Positions 37,574 through 47,979 of a stretch of 64,000 bases of DNA are shown here, one piece after another. Position 1 is the stretch's first letter; the number at the start of each line of letters is the position of its first letter. Source of the stretch: a virus; the UHGV virus genome UHGV-2031204; one strand, written 5' to 3'. Position numbers and translations under genes: made by a program. Below the pieces are notes generated by a model. The model was not told where the DNA came from. It did not search any database and was given only the letters and a program-made list of their open reading frames with translations.

Positions 37574-40291
37574 TTAGAGAGTTTCGTCGGCGTTGTCGTC
37601 TGTACCGGTATCCGTCTCGTCTGTGTCTTCAGCAGAAACGTCTTCTTCCGTTGTCGTATCGGTTTCCGTCGTTTCATCATCAGACATGTCCAAGTCTTCA
37701 TCACCGCCCATATCGTCACCACCTAAGTCCTCATCGCCCCCTAAGCCACCGTCGTCTTCAGAGCCGCCATCGAAGACGCTGCCCCCGCCGAAGTTATTGG
37801 CGTCTTCAGGATTCAAATCAGCCGCTTTTGCTAAGGTTTCAACTTTACCTGTTGTGCGTTTAGCTAACTGAATCAGCGTCTTCGATGCTGCTGCGATTTC
37901 ATCAGAAATCATCTTGACGTTTTCACCACGTTTATCTTCGTCGTAGATCAAATCAAACAGATCGGTTTCGATGCCTTGATTGCGTAGCCAGTTACGCGTA
38001 TAGAACGATTTAATCATCGTCTTGAGATCATCAGGCTGCATTTCGATACCTTCATTCTGAAGCATATTCGAAATATCGTCGGTAACAACCAGATCCGCCA
38101 GTTTCTCAATGAACTCATAGCGTTTATCAAACAGATCCGCTTGTGAAGAAGAAGCTGATGTGTCTGGTGGTGGTAAGGTGACTTTCATGCCATTGATGAA
38201 CTTCGCCAGATACTCCGACGTTTGTTTGGTCAAGTCTTCGCCTGTTACATTAGGATTCTGATTGCGAATATATTCAACGATAACACGAATCAGCTCTGCT
38301 TGTAACTTAGGAGAGGCTTGCAAACTGTTTGTCACGTAGCGTGTTAACGGCGTAGACAGAATTTCTTGTTTCTTCACGATTTGCTGAGTGACCAGCAGTG
38401 ACTTGGAATAAATCTGCGAAGCAAATTCCAGGTTTTCCGGCGTCAAAACAAGATCCGGGTCTACACACGCGATGTGACAAGTACGACGGAGTAAGTTTTC
38501 ATCGATTTGTTGATCAGGCACTTTATACTCAGGCGTTGTGTCCGAAACTGACACTTTATGACTGGCGTAGTATTCATTACCTGTCACGTTAAATGCAATC
38601 CCGGCATTAGCCCCCATTGACCAAGCGTCATTGATATCACCCCACATCGGTAAACGACGGTTATAGGAGTTAAGGATATCTGATTTAACTTGGTCAACCG
38701 TTTTCTGACCGTTCATGTCATCTGGCGATAACTCGATGTCGTATTGCATGTGACGTGCTGAGTTCAACACTGAAGAGTTCATCGTTGCGAACAACAGCGC
38801 CATCCTGACCGTAGAGATGATAAAGGAACGTTCAGTGATAGACACCCCAATACCATCTTCGTTAAAGTCCGTTGCAAAGTAGCACAAGTTATTAGCCGGG
38901 ATATAGACAACCTGTGTGTGACGTTTTGCGAGGTGACGTGCCAGCAGAATACGACCGAAAGTTTCGGTAATTTTCATGCTGATTTCAGCTCCACCCAATG
39001 CCTGGCTTAACGCACGGGTAAATTCGTTCTCAGCAATCTCGCTACAACGGGCACTTAAACGATTGGCGATTTCCGGCGTTATACGAGAGGTATTACCCAA
39101 ACCCAAATTAGAGCGGTTGATAATACTGTCTGTCATGCCATCGTTGTTAAGGTAGTTCATAAAGTTCGCGTCCCCGTAAAGTGAAGAACGTGAGTTGATG
39201 AAGTTACCCATATCGTCAATAATGGTCAGAAACCCAATAGGGTTGCGAACGTCGTCGCCGATAACCAACGGTGCGGTAGACTCAGCAGGGAGTAAACATT
39301 CGAAATATTCGATTTGGTTGTTTTCATTCATCGAAATAATCGGAATATCACCATAAGTCTGAGTTTTTGGTGTACCTTTGTACGCTTCGTTCAGATCGCC
39401 TAAGTTAATGAAGCCTTTTTCAGCCGCGTCACGCTGACGATCGTTAAACTGTTGATTAACTTCATACGGCGTAGCACCTGTCGGTGTGGCAGGCTTTTCA
39501 TATGCGGCTTGCTCTAATTGGCCGTAGAGACCAGTACGTGCGTTCTCATGAGCGATTCGACGATAAGCATGGGGTAGTAACGTGATACGTGGGTTGTCAG
39601 TGATCGAGATGTCCATTTCGAACTTATCTGAGAACATCTTATCGTGGTTACTGAAATTGATTTTCAGCGACTGCGGTCCTTTAACAGGCCCACGGACACG
39701 ACTCAGAATAGATTCCACACCCACCCGTTGCCCGTCTTCTTGCCCGTTGATTGGACCGAGAATACCGAGCTGGTCTTCGAAAAAGGCAGCTTGAGAACGA
39801 CGTACGGATTCGGTAGCGACTTTGGCGTCTAAACCGAACAGCTGGTCAAATCCGTTGTCCGAGATTATCATCACTGGACTTGCGCCTTTTGTTTTTAACG
39901 CGTCGTAAATCCACTGATATAATTTCTTAGGTAATTGACGTACGTTATCATGATAATCACGCGTTGGTGCCAGTAGGTCATTACGTAAGTCAATTGGAAT
40001 GTCTGCGATGTTGTCGTAAATCAACGTGGTGTTGATTAAGTCTTTTGTCGACAGCAAGCTCGAAGTTGCAATGGTAACAATCGTTTCGAGTTCAGGTAAC
40101 GCATCAAAGATACGTTCCGCATTTTTGATAGTACGAATACGCGAACTTACAATTCCTGCAAGTTCCTGACGTGTTGGCGTAGAACCACCCTCGCTACGCG
40201 TACCGCGTTGTTGCTGGGGTGCTGGGCCCGTAGTTTTACGAAGAATTGCAGCTACGGCGGGGTCGCCCGTTAATTTACTAATATCGTCCAT
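37574..40291 (-). CDS. hypothetical large protein (905 aa) with poly-acidic C-terminal tail; candidate virion protein
   Basis: Long ORF; C-terminal about 70 residues almost entirely D/E/G/T; own terminator downstream. Confidence 0.55.
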   Translation of the reverse strand: MDDISKLTGDPAVAAILRKTTGPAPQQQRGTRSEGGSTPTRQELAGIVSSRIRTIKNAERIFDALPELETIVTIATSSLLSTKDLINTTLIYDNIADIPIDLRNDLLAPTRDYHDNVRQLPKKLYQWIYDALKTKGASPVMIISDNGFDQLFGLDAKVATESVRRSQAAFFEDQLGILGPINGQEDGQRVGVESILSRVRGPVKGPQSLKINFSNHDKMFSDKFEMDISITDNPRITLLPHAYRRIAHENARTGLYGQLEQAAYEKPATPTGATPYEVNQQFNDRQRDAAEKGFINLGDLNEAYKGTPKTQTYGDIPIISMNENNQIEYFECLLPAESTAPLVIGDDVRNPIGFLTIIDDMGNFINSRSSLYGDANFMNYLNNDGMTDSIINRSNLGLGNTSRITPEIANRLSARCSEIAENEFTRALSQALGGAEISMKITETFGRILLARHLAKRHTQVVYIPANNLCYFATDFNEDGIGVSITERSFIISTVRMALLFATMNSSVLNSARHMQYDIELSPDDMNGQKTVDQVKSDILNSYNRRLPMWGDINDAWSMGANAGIAFNVTGNEYYASHKVSVSDTTPEYKVPDQQIDENLLRRTCHIACVDPDLVLTPENLEFASQIYSKSLLVTQQIVKKQEILSTPLTRYVTNSLQASPKLQAELIRVIVEYIRNQNPNVTGEDLTKQTSEYLAKFINGMKVTLPPPDTSASSSQADLFDKRYEFIEKLADLVVTDDISNMLQNEGIEMQPDDLKTMIKSFYTRNWLRNQGIETDLFDLIYDEDKRGENVKMISDEIAAASKTLIQLAKRTTGKVETLAKAADLNPEDANNFGGGSVFDGGSEDDGGLGGDEDLGGDDMGGDEDLDMSDDETTETDTTTEEDVSAEDTDETDTGTDDNADETL

Positions 40292-40302
40292 TGGGGTCTC
40301 CG

Positions 40303-42486
40303 ATGCAGAGATTTAACATATTTCGTGATCAGAACATCGCGTTGGCGAAATCGCTGATTATTAAATCAGAATCAATCGCACAACAGATGAATCTGGCAAT
40401 AACCGAGAACGGCGGTTTCGTTTCCGATAACCGTAGTACGTGGCGATACTACCTGCATTTAGCAGGACAACGTCACGAAATGGATAAACCCATTTACATC
40501 ACGTCGCTCGACACGCAAGAGCAGATAGAATTAACGACAGCCAACCTGTCCCGTCATAAAAAGACCTCTAACGTTTTTCGTTCGAATGTCGAGTATATCG
40601 AGGCGTTGATCGCAACTTATCCCGAATACGCGGTTTATATTCGCGGCGTCTTTACGCCAATCGATTTAAATTACGCGTTACGTGTAGACGATTGTTCTAT
40701 TTTGTACTACGACAGCTCGTTAGTAGAATCACAAGAGACGTCATTGATTAGCCGACTGGAAGCGAGAATTCGTGCAGCCCACGTCCGGTATATGGCTGAG
40801 GGTTGGAAGGTCCACAACGATGCGTTTGTGTTAGCTTTCTATTGCATGTTGTTTCCGCAGCTACCGGGTATAATTGGTTATATTCGTTCTTCTTTACAGC
40901 ATACGACAGAAACACACTCTTTCTTCGTTACCGAGTTTTTAGCTTCGCATCAGGAACTGCATGAGTTTATGCCGTATCTGACTCAGAAACAAAAATTCAT
41001 TCTTTATCGAAATATTCGATACTGGGAACGTAATTCAGGGAAAGAGGAGATCTTCGATTGGCAAATCGATGCGTTACTGACAGGCTGGGGAATGCCTGCG
41101 GTTGGGTATAATGTTGCGCAGCAGATTCACGAGCCGAAAGATGATGACGATTCAACCTTAACACCGTTGCCTATCGGTTATCAGCAATCTTTAAACTACA
41201 CAGAGAAAGACTCTGGACGCGATTTGGATATTGTTACCACTACGGACATAATCCAAAAAGAGGTGGGGTTAGCGTATAACAACCCGGCGTACGAACCAGA
41301 GTACCAAGAAGACTTAGACACACGACTGAGGCTGACACAATACCCCAACTTAACGACGAAACTCGTAGAAGTAACCGCCGTTGACCCAGAAGCTATTGAG
41401 CGTTTTGAATACACACATAACCTCTTTAATGAATGGGTACATTTGGTAGCGAAAGGAAAGTATAACATCTATCACGAGATTCTTAACCCAACGAACGGCG
41501 ATACATTAAAGTTAAGTTCGAAAGAACTGTTGGCACTGTTTTTGTACGCGGCGTATAAAGGTTACTCCGATGTTGCCCTTGAAGAAATCCCCGTATTTAA
41601 CGTTTTTGATGTCTTGATTAAACGTTGGGTGCCCTTCGATGAGATGGAACAACATCTTATCCCGAGTTGGGAGCACCGTTTCGACGCGCTGATTAACTAC
41701 TATACCGACACCCACACCGAGGTAGTCGGGACCATTCTCAGTGCCGACGAACTTTACGATACGATTAATGAAATTATCTTACAGAAGCGACGCCGTTGGC
41801 GTTACAGCCAAAACCGCCGTAAGATTCCCGATCGTGCTGCGGGCTTAATGCTGTTCGATTACCATTATCGTGATTATCGCTGTGATTTAAAGTTAAAGTA
41901 TCGTAACTACGACGAGTTCTTTAAGACCTTTGGGTTAGACTATACGTTGGTCTCTGCAGAGACGTGGCAAGATATTGCAGTCGATGCATTGAACACCGCA
42001 ACAAACCTTGAAACGCGTGCAACCATTTCGCAATCTGAAATACAGCGCGCGATGGTTCGATTAATGACCACACTTTCGTCGTATACCGTACATTTTGCTG
42101 CGCGAATGGGGTCAGATTCTTACGACGTTATGGACCCGCTTTGTCCAATCTTAGGGGATATCCCTATGAGTGGGGAGGGTACAGTTACCATCATTGAACC
42201 TCTCTTAGGCGTACAGTCAGTTACGCGACACCAATACATGACGACGGACAAAGTGCTCCCCGCAGCGCCGGTGATTAAAGAGCTGTCCATGCCGCAACAC
42301 ATCAAACTACGGATGAACATTTACATGGGTATCCGTGTGAGAGTGAATCGGCAAGTCGTGGTGGATATTAATGAACCGACCACCGGGGTTGTTAAGGTCA
42401 AGTCTTCACTTGACGACTGGGCGTTAAACGAACAGGTGAAAATTAACGATCTCGAAGGGTTTACGTTAGACCAGCTACCTAAGTGA
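40303..42486 (+). CDS. hypothetical protein
   Basis: ATG 40303 (longest ORF from TTG 40291); divergent from minus gene with about 11 bp spacing; no Walker motif seen. Confidence 0.55.
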   Translation: MQRFNIFRDQNIALAKSLIIKSESIAQQMNLAITENGGFVSDNRSTWRYYLHLAGQRHEMDKPIYITSLDTQEQIELTTANLSRHKKTSNVFRSNVEYIEALIATYPEYAVYIRGVFTPIDLNYALRVDDCSILYYDSSLVESQETSLISRLEARIRAAHVRYMAEGWKVHNDAFVLAFYCMLFPQLPGIIGYIRSSLQHTTETHSFFVTEFLASHQELHEFMPYLTQKQKFILYRNIRYWERNSGKEEIFDWQIDALLTGWGMPAVGYNVAQQIHEPKDDDDSTLTPLPIGYQQSLNYTEKDSGRDLDIVTTTDIIQKEVGLAYNNPAYEPEYQEDLDTRLRLTQYPNLTTKLVEVTAVDPEAIERFEYTHNLFNEWVHLVAKGKYNIYHEILNPTNGDTLKLSSKELLALFLYAAYKGYSDVALEEIPVFNVFDVLIKRWVPFDEMEQHLIPSWEHRFDALINYYTDTHTEVVGTILSADELYDTINEIILQKRRRWRYSQNRRKIPDRAAGLMLFDYHYRDYRCDLKLKYRNYDEFFKTFGLDYTLVSAETWQDIAVDALNTATNLETRATISQSEIQRAMVRLMTTLSSYTVHFAARMGSDSYDVMDPLCPILGDIPMSGEGTVTIIEPLLGVQSVTRHQYMTTDKVLPAAPVIKELSMPQHIKLRMNIYMGIRVRVNRQVVVDINEPTTGVVKVKSSLDDWALNEQVKINDLEGFTLDQLPK

Positions 42487-42493
42487 GAGAATC

Positions 42494-43021
42494 ATGGCAT
42501 ATCGTGTCGATTTAACGAAAGCACCTAAACAAATTTTAGTAGACCGGATTAACTACGTATTTAGTCTATCCTATACTGCTGATAACATCGAGTTTAACGC
42601 AAACGGCGTTCAACCACTAACTTTAGCAGAACGTCAACGTTACGGACTAGAATCAAAGGTTGCTGCCGTCTTCCGTAACGGCGTTGTCGGAAACCAGGAA
42701 TTCATTTTAACTCGCGTTGATTTGGCAACGTTCCTGGCCGATGAACCGGTGAGTGTACCGAAAGGCGCAGTAACGTCCAGCGAAGAGTTGGCTGATTATA
42801 TCGTTGCACAAACAGGGATTGACCTGCGTGCTGACGACATTATGATTGAGCCGATTTCAGAGGAGCTGGATTCTTATGATGTTCGTCTCGTCCCGAATCA
42901 TTTGTCTTTTAAAGGAACGATTCCGGTCGTATTTACTGATTCCACCCCACGCAAATTGGCGTCTCTTGTGACGAAATTAGCGTTGGATGGGTTCCGCCCA
43001 GGAGAATTAATCAATGTCTAA
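42494..43021 (+). CDS. hypothetical protein
   Basis: 175 aa ORF with GAGAG RBS. Confidence 0.55.
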   Translation: MAYRVDLTKAPKQILVDRINYVFSLSYTADNIEFNANGVQPLTLAERQRYGLESKVAAVFRNGVVGNQEFILTRVDLATFLADEPVSVPKGAVTSSEELADYIVAQTGIDLRADDIMIEPISEELDSYDVRLVPNHLSFKGTIPVVFTDSTPRKLASLVTKLALDGFRPGELINV

Positions 43022-43901
43022 TGTCAAAGTTTACGACGGTAAACTCTCGACGGTAACGCTTAATGCGATGCGCTTGGCTACCGCATTAATTACCGGTGCT
43101 GACGTGCAATACCCGCAAAAATCCACACTGAATGAGTTCTATAAACTCATGCAAACACCAGTGCCGGACGGTAAAGCGCGTCCTCATTTGCAGTACATGG
43201 CAATTGGTAACCGTGGCCATATGGTCGACACCTCTGATGTGGTGGCTGACGTTGTGCCTGTAGGTAAAGAACCTATTGCTTCCGGGATGTTTTCCCGCGT
43301 TCCGTTTGTCCTGCGTACAAAAGACAATGATCTGTCTGACGAACAACGTAAGAACTACGCTTTTCGTACTTTGGAAACGTTTAACAAACGCGAATACTGG
43401 GCGTATTATTTAAAACGCATCGACATGCGCGCTGTAAAAACGACGGATTACGATATCAGGCGTGAGAACGGTGTTGAGACCGTCGAAGACTTTGTGTACA
43501 CAGACACGGAATTAAACCCCGTACCGAAAGTATTGCCGGACTACGATTACGACGACGATGGCACCGTTGCAATCCCAGATGGCCGTTATGTGGAGTCAGG
43601 TGCTGACCTGGTTATTCCGTGGACAGACTTTGATGTTCAGGAATATATGAACGTAACGAGCATTATGCGCGGTAGCCCGCGTAGTTCAATTATCTCTGAA
43701 CTGGCACTCTGCTCAGGGTTAGACCAGGTCGCGTCCGGGGACTCTGCAACTGGGTCTAAATTCAGCTATAACGAGGCGATCGGTGTTCAGGCGTTGTACT
43801 ATATTTCGATGTTTACCAACCTGGCACAGACGAATGACAAACTGTCTTTGACCATTCGTATCGGACAGCCTGCACCGTTCTTCCTGGGGACAGCTAACTG
43901 A
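43014..43901 (+). CDS. hypothetical protein
   Basis: 295 aa ORF overlapping upstream gene by 8 nt. Confidence 0.55.
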   Translation: MSNVKVYDGKLSTVTLNAMRLATALITGADVQYPQKSTLNEFYKLMQTPVPDGKARPHLQYMAIGNRGHMVDTSDVVADVVPVGKEPIASGMFSRVPFVLRTKDNDLSDEQRKNYAFRTLETFNKREYWAYYLKRIDMRAVKTTDYDIRRENGVETVEDFVYTDTELNPVPKVLPDYDYDDDGTVAIPDGRYVESGADLVIPWTDFDVQEYMNVTSIMRGSPRSSIISELALCSGLDQVASGDSATGSKFSYNEAIGVQALYYISMFTNLAQTNDKLSLTIRIGQPAPFFLGTAN

Positions 43902-44545
43902 TGTTGATACCCGAGCCGAGACTTCCAGATAAGATGGTAAGAATCGCGGCAATAGACCCCGGTACGAGCCATCTTGGTATGGCTGTATTGGATTGGGAAT
44001 ACGGCAGCGATCAAGCCGAAGTGGTTTGGGCTGATACCATGCATGTATTAGACCCAACGCATCCAAATGCGTTTGCAGAGTGTGTCGGTAAGCGTGACGA
44101 TCGTTTAGTTAAGCTCGAAGCTTGTTACCGTGAATTTCTTCGGATTGCCTGCCCAACTTTCGTTGCAACAGAGACACCGTTTATGCGGAGAGCAAAACTC
44201 TCCGCTTATGAATCTGGTGTCGAACTACAATTAATGTTGCGACGTACTTTGTGGGACGTTTACCCGGAGAAAATTTTACACGGCTTCAATCCTATCATTG
44301 TAAAATCATTCGTTGGGGTGGAAGCGAAGGGGACGGATAAAACCGATATGTTTCGGGCCGTGACCAAGCTCTATCGTGAACATGCTTTGTTTGATATTAC
44401 GACGTTAGATGAGCACAGTATTGATGCTGTGGCGGTGGGAAATATTTTCGTCAGGGTAAATCTGTTAAACTTAAACAGCCTGCTACCGCCTAAACAAAAG
44501 TCGACTAAGACCTCCAGGCGGAGAAGGCGTCGGAGAAAACGATAA
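43901..44545 (+). CDS. RuvC-like Holliday junction resolvase with poly-Arg C-terminal tail
   Basis: VRIAAIDPGTSHLGMAV (RuvC IDPG motif), FVATETPFM (catalytic Glu), DEHSIDAVAVG (C-terminal acidic pair); tail SRRRRRRRKR. Confidence 0.55.
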   Translation: MLIPEPRLPDKMVRIAAIDPGTSHLGMAVLDWEYGSDQAEVVWADTMHVLDPTHPNAFAECVGKRDDRLVKLEACYREFLRIACPTFVATETPFMRRAKLSAYESGVELQLMLRRTLWDVYPEKILHGFNPIIVKSFVGVEAKGTDKTDMFRAVTKLYREHALFDITTLDEHSIDAVAVGNIFVRVNLLNLNSLLPPKQKSTKTSRRRRRRRKR

Positions 44546-45123
44546 TGGAACCGAGCACACAAGCACTACCCACTGAAATACTTGACTTATTGATCCAAGC
44601 TGGAAACAGAAAGTTAAGTAAAGAACAGTCTGAACAGTTAACGAAACTCTTGAAAGCGGCGTATGGGGATGACGTCGACGTTGACGTTACCCGTTCGGGA
44701 ACAAAGATTCTTTCCGACTTACGCCCGACGCTAATCGATAACTTAGGCAAACTGTCAGAACAATTCCATCAGCAGGCAACTGACGCTGTGGAATCTCTAG
44801 GGGATGAGATTAGCAAAGAAACCATGCTAACCTTATGGCCGAAATTATCTGCTCCCCAGAAGTTCATTATTGCCCTTCTGACGTTAGCGACGGTTGTTGT
44901 AACCGGTTTCCTGGGTTACGACACGCATCAACATTTTCCAGAAGACAGTTTAGATGTTCTGATTGTGACGTTGGTACCGTTCTTTGCGTTGGTTGTTTTT
45001 GCGACTTGGCCGATTAAAACGTTGGCTTATAAGTCTCTTGAGATAGCCACAAAAGTTGTTGAGAAGAAGCTTGAGAAATCAGGCCAGCTTAAGTCGAAGA
45101 CAGAAAGCCCGACAACGAAATAA
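44545..45123 (+). CDS. hypothetical membrane protein (two hydrophobic helices)
   Basis: Segments FIIALLTLATVVVTGFLGY and VLIVTLVPFFALVVFATWPI; followed by terminator. Confidence 0.55.
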   Translation: MEPSTQALPTEILDLLIQAGNRKLSKEQSEQLTKLLKAAYGDDVDVDVTRSGTKILSDLRPTLIDNLGKLSEQFHQQATDAVESLGDEISKETMLTLWPKLSAPQKFIIALLTLATVVVTGFLGYDTHQHFPEDSLDVLIVTLVPFFALVVFATWPIKTLAYKSLEIATKVVEKKLEKSGQLKSKTESPTTK

Positions 45124-45127
45124 CATT

Positions 45128-45167
45128 AACCTCTACCTTCGGGTAGAGGTTACTTCTTTTTATTTTT
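45128..45167 (+). terminator. rho-independent terminator
   Basis: AACCTCTACC-TTCG-GGTAGAGGTT then T-run. Confidence 0.75.
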
Positions 45168-45212
45168 ACAATTTTTAAACATACTGTGAGACTTAAAAGA
45201 AGGAGTGCTATT

Positions 45213-45866
45213 GTGGAACCATTACGCTTAATGACCAGAACGTTACTGATACCTATTCAGGACCTGAAGGTTGGACCGTTGGTCACCTCCAATGGGGAAA
45301 TTGTTGATTTCGTTAAAGAGGAAAAAATTGTTACGGCGGCTTTTCAAGAGACGCTCCATCGCCATTATCGTGCAGTACCTTTATCTGGCAGTCTAGATTG
45401 TCCGGGTGTAGAGGGGAGTACGTCTGCGTTAATAGCGGAGCATTTAGAAAAGAAAGGGTTTGGGGTCGGGAAAGGACAGGTTTTTGTAGACACTGCCACA
45501 CTGAACAAATACCAAAACGACCTAATGTTACAGATAAGGAGATTACTTGCCCGTTATGGTCTTTTCTCGATTAATTGTAAGTTTGACGACGTTCGGATGT
45601 TAGACCACGGTTTTACTACCAGCCTTAAAATCTGTCGTGGTAAAAGATTCATACAGTTTACCTGGTGGGTGCCATCCCTACGAGGTGAGAGAAAAACGGT
45701 GGAAGGGCTGTATGGTTGGGCTTTATGGGCCGAAGTTCCAGTAACGAAACTCGATGCGATTATTCCACAGCATCGAAACGTTCCACTTAGCAGTTTATTT
45801 ACTTCTGGTGGGAACACCACGTGGGATGAATTTGTTAAAAACGTTTTATCGATAGGGGAACAATAA
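45213..45866 (+). CDS. hypothetical protein
   Basis: GTG 45213 seven nt after AAGGAG (longest ORF from 45186). Confidence 0.5.
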   Translation: MEPLRLMTRTLLIPIQDLKVGPLVTSNGEIVDFVKEEKIVTAAFQETLHRHYRAVPLSGSLDCPGVEGSTSALIAEHLEKKGFGVGKGQVFVDTATLNKYQNDLMLQIRRLLARYGLFSINCKFDDVRMLDHGFTTSLKICRGKRFIQFTWWVPSLRGERKTVEGLYGWALWAEVPVTKLDAIIPQHRNVPLSSLFTSGGNTTWDEFVKNVLSIGEQ

Positions 45867-46342
45867 TGCAGCAGTTAGATATTACCGAAGACAAAATTTC
45901 CGCTAAATTTCCTGAATTACGTGAATACGTCAAAGACTTAAATTCGATTCGGGAAACGCCAGTTAGAATCACGTTGGCTGTTGAAGACGATATTACACAT
46001 GGGGTTGCAATCTGGGAGCCGGGGAATCTTATCTATCTGGTAGTGGCCGAAGGTTCTCGTCGTAGCGGTGTAGGTTCCTTTTTACTGAAATACGTTCAAC
46101 TTAATTCAGATCGTCAAATGGTGATGTGTCGTGTCCATCCCTCAAACATAGACGGGCTGTGTTTCTTTTCCAAAAAAGGCTTCCAAATAGACCGATGGTT
46201 TATTGCCAGTGACTCCCGTCGGTATTTTCGTATGACGAACAGTAACGTTGATTCGTCATACGCCCCGCCGGAAGAAGGATATTTGGTGGATTTTATTGAA
46301 AACACCCCCATCTTTCTCTCTGTTGCGGATAAGATTTATTAG
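45866..46342 (+). CDS. GNAT family N-acetyltransferase
   Basis: Motif A-like RRSGVGSFLLKYV and downstream FFSKKGF. Confidence 0.6.
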   Translation: MQQLDITEDKISAKFPELREYVKDLNSIRETPVRITLAVEDDITHGVAIWEPGNLIYLVVAEGSRRSGVGSFLLKYVQLNSDRQMVMCRVHPSNIDGLCFFSKKGFQIDRWFIASDSRRYFRMTNSNVDSSYAPPEEGYLVDFIENTPIFLSVADKIY

Positions 46343-46361
46343 AAACAGTTGAGAGCCCAAA

Positions 46362-46841
46362 ATGATTCGTGTCGAATATGAGACGCGGTGCTTGGAAGGC
46401 AATAAAGCAAAAGTGTTACGTTGCGTTGAAGTTATCCCCGCACACGAGGTTGATTTACGTACAGGTCGTGTTCGGGGAGTTCCTGTAACGATACTACAAC
46501 ATAATCCTTGTTCGCAATTTAAAGGGAAGGCAACTCCAGCAGTACGTTCTCGTCGTCGAGAGGACTTTTCTGATCTCCGCAAATCTTTTACACGGCACTA
46601 CCGACGCAGTAAATGGAAAGTGTTGGTATTAATTTTAGTGGATGATTTTATTAAAGACTTGGTTTGGGAGGAGGTGCTAAAAGAGCGCGGTTTTACACCC
46701 AAACCTTTCTCGTATCACTGGGAACGTTTCAAAAAGAAATATCGTGAAGCGCTATGGTTTTCGCCGAACACACGGAATATGATTCCGCGCTTAGAGTCGA
46801 TGCCATGGCTACGCGATCATCTTGATGAGGTAGACCGATGA
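46362..46841 (+). CDS. hypothetical basic protein
   Basis: 159 aa, R/K-rich; stop overlaps next start. Confidence 0.5.
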   Translation: MIRVEYETRCLEGNKAKVLRCVEVIPAHEVDLRTGRVRGVPVTILQHNPCSQFKGKATPAVRSRRREDFSDLRKSFTRHYRRSKWKVLVLILVDDFIKDLVWEEVLKERGFTPKPFSYHWERFKKKYREALWFSPNTRNMIPRLESMPWLRDHLDEVDR

Positions 46842-47230
46842 AACGAACTGTCATTACCCTATTTCTAACGTTACTTTCATTTTCCGCGTTCGCGGAATTT
46901 AAACCGCACGATATTAGTCGTTTTGAACCTACAGTGCCGGGCGATAAACCCGTCGTTTTTAAATCTACCGACCAGCCAGTTGTTGCAGTTCAAAACGATG
47001 AGTTCGCCACGGTAAATTACGGTAAAACCGAATTGTGCCCGGCAGGTGGCTACTATTTGGTAAACATCAAACGGCGTACATATCAGTTTGTTGATCCGGG
47101 TAGTTGTTCTGCCAGTGTAAAGGTAACGTTAGAAACTGTACCCTACGCAAATAAAAGTATTAATATCCAACGTTTAACTTTCTATGTTGGTGATGAGATC
47201 ACCGCACGGTACCCATTATACGGGTATTAG
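46838..47230 (+). CDS. hypothetical secreted protein (signal peptide)
   Basis: N-terminus MKRTVITLFLTLLSFSAFA with AFA-E cleavage-like site; two Cys. Confidence 0.55.
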   Translation: MKRTVITLFLTLLSFSAFAEFKPHDISRFEPTVPGDKPVVFKSTDQPVVAVQNDEFATVNYGKTELCPAGGYYLVNIKRRTYQFVDPGSCSASVKVTLETVPYANKSINIQRLTFYVGDEITARYPLYGY

Positions 47231-47253
47231 TGATTAACCCCCGCGGAGTTTGT

Positions 47254-47892
47254 ATGTCTTTTGTAATTGATTTTGAAGTTGGTCATAGACAGAACTTACT
47301 CAACCTCGTTAGTTACTGTAATAGCGGCAGTGTACGTAAAAAGCTTTCGGCTGAGAAAGTGGATGTTTCTTTAATAGGCGCACCCACACCGGAAGGTCGG
47401 TATCGGGTAAAGTTAACTAATCGCAACGATATTAACGACGCGGTGATGATATCTTACACGAAACTTCAATTGAATGACTTTCTTGATATTCCCGGTAAGT
47501 ATCTGGATTGGTTCGATTTCGAAAACGGCCAACCTAAAAATTACGATAAATGGGCAGAGTCCGCGAAAGTGTCGGTGGAGAAGATGTGTCAAGACCGTGG
47601 TATGGTTTTGTCGCGTGCATGGGACACGGGCTCGCAGTGTCATGTTGAGTATGATGAGGATCTCGAGCGCTATGTGGTAATTTACGAATGTGATTCGTTT
47701 ATTTATAGCGCACGAAATCGATTTATTCTACCGCTTCATATCGGGCAAATTATTACGAATAAAACCCTTGACGGACTTAATTACAACAACGAACTGAATA
47801 AACGTCCTTTAGGGGGCTTAGATGGTGAGTTGGACGTCTGGATGGGCAAAGCGTTACTCGAGACCGTCGTTTTAAGTGGTTTAGAAGCGTGA
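47254..47892 (+). CDS. hypothetical protein
   Basis: ATG 47254 with GGAG RBS (alternative GTG 47230); terminator follows. Confidence 0.5.
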   Translation: MSFVIDFEVGHRQNLLNLVSYCNSGSVRKKLSAEKVDVSLIGAPTPEGRYRVKLTNRNDINDAVMISYTKLQLNDFLDIPGKYLDWFDFENGQPKNYDKWAESAKVSVEKMCQDRGMVLSRAWDTGSQCHVEYDEDLERYVVIYECDSFIYSARNRFILPLHIGQIITNKTLDGLNYNNELNKRPLGGLDGELDVWMGKALLETVVLSGLEA

Positions 47893-47906
47893 TAACATCA
47901 CCGATA

Positions 47907-47950
47907 GGAGAGAACCCTGAAAAGGTTCTCTCCTGCTTTCTTTTTTTTTC
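47907..47950 (+). terminator. rho-independent terminator
   Basis: GGAGAGAACC/GGTTCTCTCC stem then T-run. Confidence 0.75.
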
Positions 47951-47979
47951 ACTTCACAACTTCAGTATGGAGGTGACAA

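Noticed and set aside
40303-42486. Possible large terminase subunit (727 aa)
   Set aside because: No Walker A P-loop or recognisable nuclease motif found by eye.
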